The position numbers and the translations under genes were made by a program. Below are positions 62,473-64,000 of a stretch of DNA of 64,000 nucleotides, one piece after another. Position 1 is the first letter of the stretch. The number at the start of each line of letters is the position of its first letter. The DNA is taken from positions 7,628,001 through 7,692,000 of the forward strand of contig CM052832.1 of assembly GCA_028534125.1 (NCBI GenBank). The letters run 5' to 3'. Under the pieces are notes generated by a model. That model was not told where the DNA came from, made no database searches, and saw only the letters and a list, made by a program, of their open reading frames with translations. Source of the DNA: Lama glama. Its lineage: Eukaryota.

Positions 62473-64000
62473 CCTAAAATTCTTATTTTACTTAAAGAAA
62501 GCAGAAAAAAATCAGGAAATGTAGTGAGAATAAAACGTGGGTCTGAACTGAGGGGGTGGTTTTATGTATAATTAAAGCCTTACTGATTAGGCTAATGGAC
62601 ACAAGTAACAAACACAATCATGTTCAATTTGGAACTGCAGGGTATGTTTTGTAGCATATTTATTTGTCTTTTGCTTAAGACAAATAATCGTTTGCTTTTT
62701 AATATTACTTTGTATTTCTTACAACATGCAATTTATGATGAACCATAGAAAACAAGCCAGTTTGAGATTTTAATGTTTCCTTTAGCTTGTCCATTGTCCA
62801 TATGCAGATTTTTTAAGTCATATTTTAAAAGTGCACACTTATGAGTTAATTTTCCCACCAATGCTCAGTGCATTAGGTAGAATCTGTGTCTGCTTATCCA
62901 GATAGATTGAGAATCCAGTAACAGGTCATAATTTGAAGCTGAATAAAGGATGTCAAACATGAGAATCTAGCTTGATACCCAATTAAGGGAAAAAAACCTA
63001 AGAACTACAACTGGTCCTTTAAAAAAATCTTTAATAACTTTGAGAGATGCTACTGTCTGAGCTTTTCAACACAGTCACATGGGAGCAACTAGGGCTTGAG
63101 AACAGAGCTTTATTAAGTCACAAATAAAGCTTAAGTGGCCTATAGCAGGTAAGAGCTGGTTGGAGAGAAGTCTGATTGTGTCATTAATTTATACTGTTAA
63201 ATAGCTGGGCAAGTCCTGGCTTTTTCTGGTCAAGGTCTAGGTTTTACTAAGAGTATCTGTGAAGATGTAGAGCTGGGACTCGTTCATAGGCTCTGACAGT
63301 AGAGAGTGAGTGGGCTACGGAGTGTTTCATGAGAACGTGGCCTCTGGAGGGTCCTCACACCAAGCAATGTTTAAATTTAGTTTCAGCATTTGCAACACAA
63401 ATAGAGAGAAATTCACAGTTGACACAAAGATGAGTTGTCTTCATCCATCTTCCTTTCAAGTTGCTTACTCTGGAAAGGATGCCAAATCTGCGACGTTCCC
63501 ATAATTGCCCTACACAGACAACATACATCCTTTATACATCAAACGGAAAAAGTAGTGACTCAGCGTGGGGGACCCTTGGGGATTGATTTGCTGAAACTGC
63601 CCTTCACTAATTACACATGCTTGTTTGTTTGTCCTTTATTTTAGACGTAGAATACAAAGAACTTATTCCAGAAATCAGGGTCAGCTCTAAACTTTGGTTT
63701 TTCTCAGTAGACTTCGCTATTTGAGGGTCTGTGCTATTAAATAAGCCTGTAATCTTTTTAGTTGTTTGCAAATAATACTGATAAATTATCTGTGAAGGTG
63801 AACTGATCTTTGAAAAGTGACCTTTTCAATCCTAGAGAGAATCATTTCAGCTCACTCACCCTGGAAAGATTTAACTGGGTAATTCTCAGGGGGGCTCAGT
63901 CAAGTCTTCTCCTGAGCCAAGACTTCTTTTTCAAGCAAGGCTCACTTCAGCCATTTACCTTGAAAAGGAATCCAGCTTTACTCCCAGGTCCATTTATCTC

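Noticed and set aside
1..64000. CRISPR array, operon or prokaryotic/viral system
   Set aside because: No regularly spaced repeats or long ORFs; the repeat content is clearly eutherian

Overview
Mammalian non-coding (intronic or intergenic) DNA, probably from a camelid, judged by five copies of a tRNA-derived SINE resembling Vic-1. I could not identify any protein-coding gene; the supplied ORFs are chance ORFs or decayed transposon frames. The window is dominated by old repeats: MIR, L2, L1M fragments, two long antisense L1s, MLT1 LTRs, MADE2, MER2B, Tigger2, MER5 and a fossil hAT transposase. There is a 500-N assembly gap at 43706-44205. Non-repeat signals are (i) a ~130-bp, ~92% identical inverted duplication at 46986-47115 / 48306-48434, (ii) a candidate + strand 17-nt microexon or alternative last exon at 21685 followed by a 3'UTR-like tract, (iii) an ERSE/E-box/palindrome cluster at ~26.3 kb and (iv) a small poly(A)-tailed, TSD-flanked retro-insert at ~9.1 kb. 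I found no evidence of a novel multi-gene system. Repeat family names come from my recall of consensus sequences and most boundaries are approximate; both need RepeatMasker/Dfam confirmation.
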